In this document: positions 27,311 through 36,854 of the stretch, piece after piece
Layout of the letters: each line of letters starts with the position of its first letter
Position numbering within the stretch: position 1 is the first letter of the stretch
IMG/VR virus record: IMGVR_UViG_3300029288_000081
Coordinates: 96,001 to 160,000 of that record
Origin: a virus
Taxonomy: Duplodnaviria; Caudoviricetes
Direction: 5' to 3' (one strand)
DNA: 64,000 bases
Notes under the pieces: model-generated
The model's input: the letters and a program-made list of their open reading frames with translations, nothing else
Databases searched by the model: none
What the model was told of the DNA's origin: nothing
Program-made: the position numbers and the translations under genes

Positions 27311-29799
27311 GCACCTTCCGGGTTGACCACGATCACCCGCGCCCACTCGGGGCACGCAGCGATCGAGCGTTCGTTCGCTTCGATTGCGCAGATGATGACG
27401 CGCACGCCAGGGTCAGCGTCGGGCCATGGGGTCTCGCAGTCGGAGCCCAAGATGATCACGTCCGGTCGAGGGGTCATGTCGTCGAGCGCGGCCGCGATGC
27501 CCACACGCATGTCCGTGCCGCCTCGACCGCGCATCTCGATGGACCGACCGTTGTGGGCCCGCTGCACCCCATGGACGGCCGCGTCGGTCGCGAGGAAGGT
27601 CAGGGCCGCACCGAGGGCCATGCAGACGTCCTCGACCACGCCACGGACGAGCGCGAGGGCACCTTCGCTCATGCTGGCAGACGTGTCGCCGATGAAGATG
27701 ACGTTGGGGACGGGGCGACGCATCGAGGGGAAGACGACGTCGGGGGTCGCCTGCTGACGCCGGGAGGGGCGCTTGTAGTTGTGGGTAACCTTGCCCGAGA
27801 CGTCGTTGATGGCCCACCGGCAGGCGCCCGCAAGCTCCTGGTCCCACGGGATGGTCTCGGGGCGCAGGATCTCTTCTGCCCAGGACACCCACGACCCCGG
27901 CACCGTGCCGCGGCTCTTCTGGGCCTCCTCACGGATGGCCGCGGCGACGCGCCGTTCGATGTCCTTCCAGTCCGCGTCTTCGACGCCTTCGCCGCCGCCG
28001 TTCGCCGGGGACGGGTCTTCCCACGGCTGCTGGACGCCGGTCGCGGCAGAGCCGCACTTGTGCTTGCGGTTGCGCACGGGGTCGTTGCCGCCACCACCGG
28101 GCTTCTTGCCCTTGCGCTGGCCCTGGCCCTCGCTCTGTGCCGAGCCACCGTTGCCGCCGTCCTCGTTGCCGTTGCCGCCGTCGCCGTCCTTGAGCTGCTC
28201 GGCCAGCTCCTCGGCCTTGTCCATCAGGAGCTGGTAGTAGACCTCCATGACGAGACCGTCCTCGAAGCCGAACGTGCTCGGGTACACCGCGCCGCTCGGC
28301 AACGCCTGGATGTCCCGGTGCGTCTTGACCTCCTCGGCGATGTCGTCGTTGATCTCACAGTTGTGGACCTTGATGCCCTCAGCGATGAACGAGTGCTCCT
28401 TGTCACAGGACAGGTTGTAGACGGGCCCGGCGTAGTGGCCGCGAGCGACTTCTCTGATCGGAATCAGGATGCCCTCGTCGCATCGGCGCCACCGGCGATT
28501 CCACGACGCGACCACCTGACCGTTCAGCGTTCGCGGAGAGGTGCGTGGATCCCAGGTCCATCCGACATGGTAGAGCAAGCCTCCACCCTCGACGAAGTAC
28601 CCATCGATCGTGCGATCCTTTTGGACGAGAGTCGCACCCCAAAAGCCGAGTCCGAGACGAGCGAGCAAGAGCCTGACGTGGCACGCCAGACCGCGACTGG
28701 AAGTGTGGACGGCGACGTGATTCGTTCCACCCTTGCCACCTCCGCCCGCTGTGCCGTCGCCGGCCCAGAGACCTTCCAGGTAAGCACGCACGAGCTTGAG
28801 GTCTGCGTGGCGCAAGATGAACTCGGGGCAGTGCTTGTTGTGCGACCCGTCGCCGCACCAGGTCTTCAAGGCGCGGGCGAGCACCGGGCCGCCGATGTTG
28901 ACGCGGGTTCCGTTCTGGACCGTGGGGGTTGCCCTGTTGGTGTAGCTCGCGTCGCAGGCGCCTTCGTAGCCGAGTGAGCGCGCGATGGTAGCGGCGCGGT
29001 CGGCGAGTGCGCGCTCCTTGTCGGTCCCCCCGAGGGAAAGCTGCGCGTAGTCGGTCCCAGATCCTTCGGCCGTGTAGAGCCCGAGCAGCCATGCCGTCTG
29101 CTCGTTCAGTGGGAAGCCGCTCTTGAGGGGGCTCCGGTTCTCGTCGCTGCCGAACGCACTCACGCTGATGACCGTGTCGGTCACGTCGCCGCCGACGTCG
29201 GGGACGAGCATGAAGTCGCCGACACGGGCCTCGCTAGCCTTCGTCCATGCCGGATTCTTGAGCTTGACGGGCGTGAGACCGACCTTGTGTCGCCGGGGAT
29301 AGATCCAGATGGGATGCTCTGGCGTGCTCGTGATCTCGATACCGGCACCACGCAGCGTGACGGTCTCGCCATCCCACTCGCGCACGAGGTTGACACACGC
29401 CGAGTCGCCACCGTTGCCGCCGAGCGTATGGGAACGCGCCGCCTCGATCGGAAGACCGTCTGAAAGAATCGTTCCAACGGGAAAACAGTCGCCCGCGACA
29501 TTCGCAACCTGCATCGTGGCCTCGGTCACCCCGAGCGCGTGGAAGCGGTCGTGGTGCTTGCGCAGCTTGTGGCCGATCTCGTGAAGGCAGACCGTCGCGA
29601 TCTCGTCCACCGTGCAGGCGAGAACGAAGCGGGGGTTGTAGTAGAGGCGCCCCCACTTATCGACGCCCATCGTGGGCACGCCCTCGGACTGGATCGGGAT
29701 CAGCGCGTAGAGCGCATGCGCGAAGTAGGGGCGCAGGAACGCTGCCTTGGCGCGAGCGGCGCGCACATGATCTTCCGCAGCCTGGTTCTTGATAGCCAT
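27307..29799 (-). CDS. DUF2201-type metallopeptidase plus VWA-like domain protein, intein-containing
   Basis: TMGVD...LYYNP, HEIGH, NVAGD|CEIN, PSRR, MIDAS-like DTSASM, GRGGTDM. Confidence 0.9.
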   Translation of the reverse strand: MAIKNQAAEDHVRAARAKAAFLRPYFAHALYALIPIQSEGVPTMGVDKWGRLYYNPRFVLACTVDEIATVCLHEIGHKLRKHHDRFHALGVTEATMQVANVAGDCFPVGTILSDGLPIEAARSHTLGGNGGDSACVNLVREWDGETVTLRGAGIEITSTPEHPIWIYPRRHKVGLTPVKLKNPAWTKASEARVGDFMLVPDVGGDVTDTVISVSAFGSDENRSPLKSGFPLNEQTAWLLGLYTAEGSGTDYAQLSLGGTDKERALADRAATIARSLGYEGACDASYTNRATPTVQNGTRVNIGGPVLARALKTWCGDGSHNKHCPEFILRHADLKLVRAYLEGLWAGDGTAGGGGKGGTNHVAVHTSSRGLACHVRLLLARLGLGFWGATLVQKDRTIDGYFVEGGGLLYHVGWTWDPRTSPRTLNGQVVASWNRRWRRCDEGILIPIREVARGHYAGPVYNLSCDKEHSFIAEGIKVHNCEINDDIAEEVKTHRDIQALPSGAVYPSTFGFEDGLVMEVYYQLLMDKAEELAEQLKDGDGGNGNEDGGNGGSAQSEGQGQRKGKKPGGGGNDPVRNRKHKCGSAATGVQQPWEDPSPANGGGEGVEDADWKDIERRVAAAIREEAQKSRGTVPGSWVSWAEEILRPETIPWDQELAGACRWAINDVSGKVTHNYKRPSRRQQATPDVVFPSMRRPVPNVIFIGDTSASMSEGALALVRGVVEDVCMALGAALTFLATDAAVHGVQRAHNGRSIEMRGRGGTDMRVGIAAALDDMTPRPDVIILGSDCETPWPDADPGVRVIICAIEANERSIAACPEWARVIVVNPEGA
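28360..29487 (-). mobile_element. Intein (376 aa) with LAGLIDADG endonuclease, in the DUF2201 peptidase domain
   Basis: Starts CFPVGT, block B STPEHPI, LLGLYTAEGS and YLEGLWAGDG, ends VYNLSC...IKVHN followed by Cys+1. Confidence 0.93.
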
Positions 29800-29833
29800 C
29801 GTCTCGTCTCCGAGCGCCCGTCTGGGCGCGTCT

Positions 29834-29870
29834 GTCGAAAGAACCGTAGCGACGGTTCGAGAGGTGTCAA
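29834..29870 (-). promoter_or_regulatory. Early promoter with a CTTTCGAC box near +1
   Basis: TTGACA-16nt-TACGGT-T-CTTTCGACAGACGCGCC. Confidence 0.75.
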
Positions 29871-30346
29871 GCCGCTGTTGGCTTCGGGTCGCGGAGTCGC
29901 GCGAGGATCTCCTCGCGCTTGCGCTGGCGGAGCTTGTCGAGCGGGTACCGAGCGCGAGAGAGCAGCGTCAGCCGGTCAGCTGGCACGAACTTGTTGAGAC
30001 GCGCTCCGTTGCACGCCGCGCACGGCATGTCCCACCCCCGGCGGGAACCGTCGATCTTCGCGTGCTGGCACCGGAAGCAGCTGCCGAGAGGCTTGATCTC
30101 ATCCGGCTCGATGCCGGCGAACGCGAACAGCACGTTCAGATCTTCGGGAGTCGTCTGCGCCATGCCCGTGGTGGCGAAGGACCACTTACCGGCTCCGTTG
30201 TAGGACATATAGCCGCCGAGGTGATGGCTACGCATCGCACGCAAGAGCTTCCGCAGCGCCGCGAGCCCCTTGGTCAGCTTCGCCCGGTCTTCACGGAGCG
30301 AAGCGACCTGGGTGCGGAGATCGACGATCTGTTCCTTGTCGGCCAT
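29867..30346 (-). CDS. Hypothetical protein (coiled coil plus two CxxC)
   Basis: MADKEQIVDL...; CFRC, CAAC. Confidence 0.7.
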   Translation of the reverse strand: MADKEQIVDLRTQVASLREDRAKLTKGLAALRKLLRAMRSHHLGGYMSYNGAGKWSFATTGMAQTTPEDLNVLFAFAGIEPDEIKPLGSCFRCQHAKIDGSRRGWDMPCAACNGARLNKFVPADRLTLLSRARYPLDKLRQRKREEILARLRDPKPTAA

Positions 30347-30348
30347 CG

Positions 30349-31476
30349 TCAGCGCTTGGCCGAGAAGTCGATGCCGGCGCGTTCCAGGATCGGCAGGATC
30401 TCGTCCAGCTCCTCCGGAAGGTTCCGCTCGACTCCCTTGGGCATGTTGTTCGCCAGGACGCGCGTCGCCGGGATGGCGATGTCGCCCTTGGTCTTGAGGA
30501 CGCGACCGATCACCTGCCAGCCGCGGTAGTAGCGCTCGATGCGCACCTTCTCGGTCTTGGAGCTGTCGAGGGCAGCCGCAGCGACCGAGTCGAGGGTCGC
30601 CATGATCTGATCCTGGCGCGTCGGAAGCGGCACGCCCGTCGGGTTCGCGAGGTACTCCTCCGGGTCGCGGAGGTCCAGGTCGGTGAACCACTTGGTGAAC
30701 TCGACCGTCGCACCCTCGCCGACGCAGCCCTTGATGAGCAAGCGCGCGACCGGCGACTTCTTGCCGTGTCCGCACGACTCGGCCGCGGTCAGAAGGTCGG
30801 AGACACGCGACCACATGCGCGGGGACGGCCACGCCTGTCCCTGCTCCTTCGCCGACTTGGGGAGCGCGAGCAGAAGCTCGGGGCGCCGCTGGATGAACGC
30901 TGCGAGCAGACCGCGGTTCGCCGCCGCGTTGTCGCGCCAGTTCTTGGGGAGGATCGCGATCTCGGGGCTCGGCCAGCCCGAGATCATGCCCTCGCACCAG
31001 TCGGCGGGCGGGAGCGGCCAGTCGATGTGCGTCCAGCGGTTCGAGATGGCGGCGGTCAGATCGTAGCCGCCCTGGACCATCGAGGCCGGATTGCCGGCGG
31101 CGACGTGCGACGTCTGCGCGGGGAGCTTCATGTCGCCCGCGTAGCCACCGTGGATGACGCGGAGGGCAGAGGACTGAGTGGTCGGCGGGGCGGTGTTGAA
31201 CTCGTCCCAGAACACGACCCCGTGCCCCTTCTCCTTCAGCTCGAACGCCCAGAGCGGCGGGTGCATCGAGACACCGTCGGGCCTCACCACGGGCAACCCG
31301 CCCTGGTCGGACGGCTCGCGAATGGACAGGATGACGGTCCAGATCGGCTCGTTGAGCGCCGGAGCGATCTCTTCGAGGCAGACGGACTTTCCCACACCCG
31401 GTGCGCCCCAGAGGAACACCGGGACGCGAGCCTGGATGCAGATCTGGGCGGCGAGCATGTGGTCTTGCACGGTCAT
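30349..31476 (-). CDS. MoxR-family AAA+ ATPase
   Basis: GAPGVGKS, VFWDEFN, AAGNP, ISNRWTH, WPSPRMW; typical partner of DUF2201/VWA proteins. Confidence 0.9.
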   Translation of the reverse strand: MTVQDHMLAAQICIQARVPVFLWGAPGVGKSVCLEEIAPALNEPIWTVILSIREPSDQGGLPVVRPDGVSMHPPLWAFELKEKGHGVVFWDEFNTAPPTTQSSALRVIHGGYAGDMKLPAQTSHVAAGNPASMVQGGYDLTAAISNRWTHIDWPLPPADWCEGMISGWPSPEIAILPKNWRDNAAANRGLLAAFIQRRPELLLALPKSAKEQGQAWPSPRMWSRVSDLLTAAESCGHGKKSPVARLLIKGCVGEGATVEFTKWFTDLDLRDPEEYLANPTGVPLPTRQDQIMATLDSVAAAALDSSKTEKVRIERYYRGWQVIGRVLKTKGDIAIPATRVLANNMPKGVERNLPEELDEILPILERAGIDFSAKR

Positions 31477-31527
31477 GGTCTTCGTTCTCTTTCTGGGCGC
31501 CGTGAAGAGCGCCTCGGGGGTCACAGC

Positions 31528-31566
31528 AGCCTAGCCATCAGGGGCTAGGTGTCAACAACTTTCGAC
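31528..31566 (-). promoter_or_regulatory. Early promoter with an upstream GTCGAAAG box
   Basis: GTCGAAAG-TTG-TTGACA-16nt-TAGGCT. Confidence 0.7.
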
Positions 31567-32033
31567 ACATCGGTCGAGGAAAACACTTGCGACAAGGGCT
31601 CGGCGCGGAGCAACGCCAGGACGCCGAGTGCGTGGCGGCAGTGGCGGCTCAGAACGCGAACCCATTCGTTCGGATGCGTACCGTAGCGGAACTTGTGCGT
31701 AGCCACCTCGACGATGCCGCCGACACGTTCCCCCAGAGCCACGCTGGCAATCTTCTCGCTGTCCACCGGGAGCACCGTGTAGATGTGGACGCTGATGGTC
31801 TTGCTGATGCCGATGCTAGTGAGCACGGCCGTCAAGAGAACGTGTGGCACCTCTGCGCCGAGCTTGGCGAGCGCGATGTTGCGCGAGCCCACGTGGAGGG
31901 GCACGGAGAGCGCCTCTTCGCCTGACGCAGCATGCGCCTCGGTGAGCAAGCTGCGTAGGCTGCGCTGGTGCTCCGCGGACAGGCGAGCGGGCGCTAGGGC
32001 CCAACCGCGGATGTGCTCGTCGGTGGTGATCAC
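31545..32033 (-). CDS. Hypothetical protein (162 aa)
   Basis: Coupled ORF. Confidence 0.6.
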   Translation of the reverse strand: MITTDEHIRGWALAPARLSAEHQRSLRSLLTEAHAASGEEALSVPLHVGSRNIALAKLGAEVPHVLLTAVLTSIGISKTISVHIYTVLPVDSEKIASVALGERVGGIVEVATHKFRYGTHPNEWVRVLSRHCRHALGVLALLRAEPLSQVFSSTDVSKVVDT

Positions 32034-32503
32034 GGGTTACTGAGTCGGACCAGGGCCTCGATGCGGGAGCGGATGGTGCGGGAGCGGATGGCGCGCTTGA
32101 TCTCCTCCGCTGCGACCTTGGCGCGCAAGGCCTGGACAGCCCAGCGCGGACCTTCGTAGCGCGTGACGGGGGCGTTGCTGTCGCGCCCGTCTGCCGTCAG
32201 GACCTGGACCGTCTGCACCTTGATCCCAGCCGCGGTCAGCGTGACAGCTTCCTCGGGCCTCATGCGCATGCGCTCCCGGGCCAGCTTGTTCTTGCGGCGC
32301 CTCTTCGCTGCGGCGGTCCTCAACAGCCGCACGCGCGGCTCCTTGCGGATGGCTGGGTACTCGACGTCGAGCGCCTTGGTGACGAGCTTGAGATGCTTCT
32401 TGAGGTCGTCGCGTGCGTTGCGGCGGGCGATGCGTCCCTGGCCATCACCGAGGTGCCGTCGGGCCCGCAGCAGCTCCGTCAGCGCTTGGCCGAGCTTGCT
32501 CAT
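32030..32503 (-). CDS. Hypothetical basic protein (157 aa)
   Basis: Start re-called at MSKLGQAL. Confidence 0.65.
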   Translation of the reverse strand: MSKLGQALTELLRARRHLGDGQGRIARRNARDDLKKHLKLVTKALDVEYPAIRKEPRVRLLRTAAAKRRRKNKLARERMRMRPEEAVTLTAAGIKVQTVQVLTADGRDSNAPVTRYEGPRWAVQALRAKVAAEEIKRAIRSRTIRSRIEALVRLSNP

Positions 32504-32736
32504 GTGGGGCCGGTGACCGGGAGTCGGAGCGTTGGAAGGTACGCGGGTCCCTGCGCCGTCTGCACGATCAGTCCGAAGGATCGTCCGCGGGGTCCGATCT
32601 CGGTGTGGATGTGAGGCGTGCCGTGGTACATGCCAGGCGGCAGTCCTCGAAGGAGCCGAAGAGCTTTCTGGCGACGGCGCATCTTCTTGGCGAGCTTGAA
32701 GCGCTTGAGGCGCGCCTTGCGCTGCTTGCGGTTCAT
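32500..32736 (-). CDS. Hypothetical basic protein (78 aa)
   Basis: MNRKQRKARLKR...; ATGA overlaps. Confidence 0.6.
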   Translation of the reverse strand: MNRKQRKARLKRFKLAKKMRRRQKALRLLRGLPPGMYHGTPHIHTEIGPRGRSFGLIVQTAQGPAYLPTLRLPVTGPT

Positions 32737-32861
32737 CGGGCCCCTCGCTTCCGCCAGGTGTTCCAGCGGGCTCGGATCTTCGCCACCGCAAGGGTGACGA
32801 ACGGAAGCGCGACGATCAGTGCGTTCAGCTCGCCGTGACAGTTGAGATGGCAGCCCATCAT
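32733..32861 (-). CDS. Small membrane protein (42 aa)
   Basis: Manual translation MMGCHLNCHGELNALIVALPFVTLAVAKIRARWNTWRKRGAR; coupled on both sides. Confidence 0.5.
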   Translation of the reverse strand: MMGCHLNCHGELNALIVALPFVTLAVAKIRARWNTWRKRGAR

Positions 32862-33034
32862 TCGCGCCCCGCTTCCGTCTGCGCAGCGGTTGCCTCGTAC
32901 AGGCGCAGGAGCAGGACAGACACGTCACTGAGCAAGCGCTTGTCTTCCTTCGTGAGGAGCTTGTTGGTGGAGAGCGTGGCCACCTTCTCGCGCACCGCGG
33001 CGATCTCTTTTCGGGTGGGGTTCCAGCGTTCCAT
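32858..33034 (-). CDS. Hypothetical protein (58 aa)
   Basis: Manual translation MERWNPTRKEIAAVREK...; coupled on both sides. Confidence 0.55.
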   Translation of the reverse strand: MERWNPTRKEIAAVREKVATLSTNKLLTKEDKRLLSDVSVLLLRLYEATAAQTEAGRE

Positions 33035-33465
33035 CAGATCGACTCAATGAAGGCCCGCACCAGGGCGGCCTGCTCGGGGGTCACGTTGATCGGGTAGGCG
33101 GAGGCGTCGTTCACGGCACGGATGAGGTCAGGGGCGTACCAACCATTCCGACTGCACGCCAGCCTCACGAAGGCACGCCGGGCGGCGGTGTCGGGGATCA
33201 GCTCGCGAAGTACGAGGAGACTGTCCAGCAGTTCGTCGGGGTCGGGGCACCGCGCAGTGCGCAGCGCGGCGAGGTGCTGCTCGATCGGCGACGGGACGGC
33301 CAGGACAGCAGCCAGAACCTCCCCTTGCGTCTTGCCCGAGCGCTTGGCCTCCAGGGCGATGGCCGCGTCGAGCAGCGCGCCCTCCTGCGCCGTGCCGCCG
33401 CGGTAGATGCCGGTCTTGAGCCATGCGAGGAGCGCGGCGAGTGCCTTCTTTTCGAGCTTGTTCAT
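33034..33465 (-). CDS. Hypothetical protein (143 aa)
   Basis: GAGGAG RBS. Confidence 0.75.
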   Translation of the reverse strand: MNKLEKKALAALLAWLKTGIYRGGTAQEGALLDAAIALEAKRSGKTQGEVLAAVLAVPSPIEQHLAALRTARCPDPDELLDSLLVLRELIPDTAARRAFVRLACSRNGWYAPDLIRAVNDASAYPINVTPEQAALVRAFIESI

Positions 33466-33475
33466 GTCGATCTCC

Positions 33476-33919
33476 TCAGAACATCAGAGCGCCGGTGCCC
33501 CAGCCCTCGGCGATCTCGTCCACGACCTTGAGGTCCCTGCGGTCCGCGTTGTCTGCGTTGTCCGAATCGTCCGCGTCGAGGGCGACCTTGCGCACGCGAT
33601 CGGGAAACTGCTCGCACAGGCGCTCCACGTCGCGCACGTGCATGAGGATGCACGGCTCATCGTGCGCGCAGAGGACGTCCTCGTGGAGCTTCTCACGGTC
33701 CTCGTCGGAGAGGCTGTCGATCGGGTCCGCCTCGTTGGAGACGAACCAGAGCGCGTAGCTCGGCGTCGCTTCGCACGCGTGGACGTGGGTGGCGGCATCG
33801 TAGGCGTACACGCCGTAGATCGCCGTCGTCTGGGCTGCGATCTTCTCGTGCCAGTGCTGGCGCTCGTCGATCTTGATCAGCCGCCAGTCGGCCGGGATGC
33901 TGGGGTTGAACCTGTTCAC
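33476..33919 (-). CDS. Hypothetical protein (147 aa)
   Basis: GTG start with GGAGG RBS (VNRFNPSIPADW...). Confidence 0.7.
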   Translation of the reverse strand: MNRFNPSIPADWRLIKIDERQHWHEKIAAQTTAIYGVYAYDAATHVHACEATPSYALWFVSNEADPIDSLSDEDREKLHEDVLCAHDEPCILMHVRDVERLCEQFPDRVRKVALDADDSDNADNADRRDLKVVDEIAEGWGTGALMF

Positions 33920-34146
33920 TTGACCTCCTCCTTCCGCGGCGTGTAGTGCCAGCGCTCCAGCCAGCGACGAAGAGCTTCGTCGGCGATCGCGACCGCGGAC
34001 TCGGTCGGCCGAGGAGGCGCGACACCGAGCTTCTGCATGGAACCGATCAGGGCGGCCTCGTAGATGCGTTCCCAGAACGCGCGCGGCTCGTAACGCTGCT
34101 CCTCCGGGACGCTGGCGAGAAGGTCCCGGGTCTCCCACCAGTTCAC
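33916..34146 (-). CDS. Hypothetical protein (76 aa)
   Basis: VNWWETRDLL...; GTGA overlaps. Confidence 0.65.
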   Translation of the reverse strand: MNWWETRDLLASVPEEQRYEPRAFWERIYEAALIGSMQKLGVAPPRPTESAVAIADEALRRWLERWHYTPRKEEVK

Positions 34147-35288
34147 TTCGCCACCTTCGCGAGGTACTTGGCGGCCGCCTCTTCGAGGTCCAGGCGACGG
34201 TCGATGCCCTTGGTCTCGCCCACGCGAGCGATGGCGAGGAAGACGTCGTACGCCTTGGTGTTCTCGATGGTGCTCAGGGGCCCCTCCCACTCCGCGGTGT
34301 CGTGCGGGAGAGCCACGCTCGCGCGGTCGGCGAGGTTGCGGAGCACCTCCCGAGCGTCGGCGATCGAGAGCCCGTACGAGCGGAGCTTGTCGGCCTCGGC
34401 GACGATGTCGGAGATCGCGATGTCGACCGCCTTGGTGATCTGCGTGCGAAGCGCACGCGCACCCGCCAGAGACTCGGGCAGCGCCTCACGGAACCCCTCG
34501 ACGAGCTTGTCGCTCGTCCCGAGATGCCGCATGCGCAGCCCGGCGACACGACGAGCCGAGAGGCCGCTCTTGCGCAGGTAGACCGCGGGAGCCAGCTGCA
34601 CGGCTCGGTTGCCCACCTCGCCGTTGGTGTAGTCGATGGCCAGCTCGGCCACCTCGTCACCAGGCAGGTTGAACGACTCGCCCGGGATCGTGAGGCGCAT
34701 CAGCGTGGTGAGGCCCGTGGCGACCACGCGGGCCGAGAGGTCGTTCATGCCTGCCGCATCGAGCCCGGACCGCAGCTGCGGCAGGACGACCGCATCGTCG
34801 AAGGTCGCGTAGCGCTGACTCAGGATCGCCCGCACCTCGTCATCGCCGGCCAGGCGGATGAGCGCCGGACCGTCGGACTTGTTGAGCATGCCCCAGTTGA
34901 GCGCGGGCACGGTGTACCGCGCCGGGATCGAACGCAGGTACTTGCTCGGCGCCTTGGCGCGCTCGCAGAGGTGCCCGAAGGCAGTCATGCGCAGGAGGAG
35001 CACATCGTTGCCTCGCGCGATGCACGCGAAGCCGCCCATGACTCCGAAGATCCATCGGTCGAGGTCTTCGACCTTGCGGTCCGAGCGCTCGCCGTCCTGC
35101 TCGTGCTTGCGCAGGATGTGCTCGATCGCCTCGTCCAGCGATCCGAAGGGCAGGTTGGCGTTGGAGACGCGGTCGTACCACGCGTCCTCCTGGTCATCCT
35201 GGACGATGATGGGCACGTCGCGAACGTCCATGTCTCGGACGGGGATATCCGCGTCGGGCGCACCGTTCACCTGGGTCTCGCTGAGCAT
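34143..35288 (-). CDS. DUF932-like phage/plasmid early protein
   Basis: AFGHLCER...YL, VRAILSQRYATFDD, TNGEVG, MRHLG pattern; own promoter and AGGAG RBS. Confidence 0.65.
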   Translation of the reverse strand: MLSETQVNGAPDADIPVRDMDVRDVPIIVQDDQEDAWYDRVSNANLPFGSLDEAIEHILRKHEQDGERSDRKVEDLDRWIFGVMGGFACIARGNDVLLLRMTAFGHLCERAKAPSKYLRSIPARYTVPALNWGMLNKSDGPALIRLAGDDEVRAILSQRYATFDDAVVLPQLRSGLDAAGMNDLSARVVATGLTTLMRLTIPGESFNLPGDEVAELAIDYTNGEVGNRAVQLAPAVYLRKSGLSARRVAGLRMRHLGTSDKLVEGFREALPESLAGARALRTQITKAVDIAISDIVAEADKLRSYGLSIADAREVLRNLADRASVALPHDTAEWEGPLSTIENTKAYDVFLAIARVGETKGIDRRLDLEEAAAKYLAKVAK

Positions 35289-35321
35289 CGTTCTCTCCTG
35301 TGCGCCGTGTGTGGCGCGTCT

Positions 35322-35372
35322 GTCGAAAGTACAGTAAGGACCCTGGGGACGCTGTCAAGGGTCTATCGAAAG
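35322..35372 (-). promoter_or_regulatory. Early promoter flanked by two CTTTCGA boxes
   Basis: CTTTCGAT...TTGACA-16nt-TACTGT-A-CTTTCGACAGACGCGCC. Confidence 0.75.
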
Positions 35373-35747
35373 AACCCGGTCGCGCTTGAGCTGGTTTCGT
35401 TCGAGGATCGGTCCTCTCCAGCCTCCCGGCGCGAGCAGTCGGAGCAGCCAGATCAGGGCCCGCACCCAGCACTCGCCCTCGCGGCCCATCTGCATGCGTG
35501 CGTAGTGAATCTCGGCGTCCGAAACGCCGCGGAGCTTGCGTCTGCGCGCGGCTGGCTTGCCTTTCGCAAGAAGTCGCTCGCCAGAGGTCCCGGCCGCACG
35601 CGCGTGCTCGGCGTACATCCAGGCACGTCGTGCTGCCACGGGCATTCCATCGGGCACACGCCGCTCGCTGACGCTTCCAGCGCCGACGCGGTTCCAGCAC
35701 ACGCCGTACGTCTTGCGGATGACCGCGCGTGTGGCACGGCTTCTCAC
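35355..35747 (-). CDS. Hypothetical protein (130 aa)
   Basis: GTG start overlaps the upstream stop. Confidence 0.45.
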   Translation of the reverse strand: MRSRATRAVIRKTYGVCWNRVGAGSVSERRVPDGMPVAARRAWMYAEHARAAGTSGERLLAKGKPAARRRKLRGVSDAEIHYARMQMGREGECWVRALIWLLRLLAPGGWRGPILERNQLKRDRVLSIDP

Positions 35748-36247
35748 ACTGAGCTGCCGTCTCCGAGGTCCTCCCGCGGCGGCTCCATGGCGTTCAGCTC
35801 CTCCCAGGTGATGCTCGGGATCGTCCACCACTCGGGGAACAGGATGGGTGTACCGTCAGAGATGTAGGTCGGACCGTCGATCCAGAGGCTCGTGAGCGTC
35901 TCGCCGGTGCGAGGGCAACACGGCGTCCAGCCAATGGCCTGGACCGAGTAGTACGTGTCGGTGATGGTGACGGCGGGCTCGTGGGGTGTGGCGCGGCGAA
36001 CCTCGAAACTGCCGGACAGAGCGCCGGGTGCCACGATCACGTAGTTGTCCGTTGTCGTGTCGTGGTGCAGGAAGTCTTCCTGCTTCGCGCCACATATCTG
36101 CACCACGCCCTCGGCCTCGATCTCGTGCGAGTCGCCATGGGCGTACCCGTACACGCGGCGCGGGGCCACAGTACACAGGCGCAGTCGCGCGCGGTGCTCC
36201 CACGCAGCGAGCGCTGCCAACCCGACGTTCAGGTTCCAGTTGATCAT
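35744..36247 (-). CDS. Hypothetical protein (167 aa)
   Basis: Start re-called at MINWNL, GAGG RBS. Confidence 0.65.
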   Translation of the reverse strand: MINWNLNVGLAALAAWEHRARLRLCTVAPRRVYGYAHGDSHEIEAEGVVQICGAKQEDFLHHDTTTDNYVIVAPGALSGSFEVRRATPHEPAVTITDTYYSVQAIGWTPCCPRTGETLTSLWIDGPTYISDGTPILFPEWWTIPSITWEELNAMEPPREDLGDGSSV

Positions 36248-36420
36248 GGTGCCCTCTCTAGCCAGCTGCGAAGAGCGCTGACACGCTCGGTCTCGTTCGA
36301 GGCGGCGAACCCGCCTCTCCATCGCCAAACCGCCAGGTCACGCAGGGCCTCGCGACACTCCTCGCGGTCGTCGTTGTCGCGAGCACCCTCGGCTCGCAGA
36401 AGGCATGCGTCAGGGTCCAC
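36244..36420 (-). CDS. Small phage protein (58 aa)
   Basis: Manual translation MDPDACLLRAEGARDNDDREECREALRDLAVWRWRGGF...; GAGGAG RBS; not in the ORF track. Confidence 0.6.
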   Translation of the reverse strand: MDPDACLLRAEGARDNDDREECREALRDLAVWRWRGGFAASNETERVSALRSWLERAP

Positions 36421-36423
36421 GGC

Positions 36424-36843
36424 TCACTCCTCGTCGTCGCTCTCGTCGTCGTCATCGCTCTCGTCGTCGTCTTCGCCGTCGTGCTCCTCTTCGCCCTCGT
36501 CCTCGATCGGCGAGAAGGTCCAGAGGCCCTCGTCGGTGACGACGCGGATCTCGTCTCCGACGCGCTCCATTTTCTCGATGGGCGCGACGATGTTGGGGAT
36601 CGACTCTTCGTCGGGATCGAAGGTCGCCGTCCACGGGACGTCGCCCTTGTGGTCGATCGTGAGCACCCCGGAGAGCTTGCGGAGGTCCGCGTTGTGCTTC
36701 CGCGGCACGCGCGTGCAGGTCACCTCGACCTGTTCGACGCGCATCTTGGGGCGCGTGCGCGTCGTGCGACGCTTGGTGGGCTCGGCGGCGGGCGCCGTGG
36801 CGGTGCGGTTGGTCGTCGGGAACGCGAGGATCGTGGCGGTCAT
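36424..36843 (-). CDS. Hypothetical protein with an acidic tail (139 aa)
   Basis: Start re-called at MTATILAF. Confidence 0.7.
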   Translation of the reverse strand: MTATILAFPTTNRTATAPAAEPTKRRTTRTRPKMRVEQVEVTCTRVPRKHNADLRKLSGVLTIDHKGDVPWTATFDPDEESIPNIVAPIEKMERVGDEIRVVTDEGLWTFSPIEDEGEEEHDGEDDDESDDDDESDDEE

Positions 36844-36854
36844 GTGCAGGTCTC

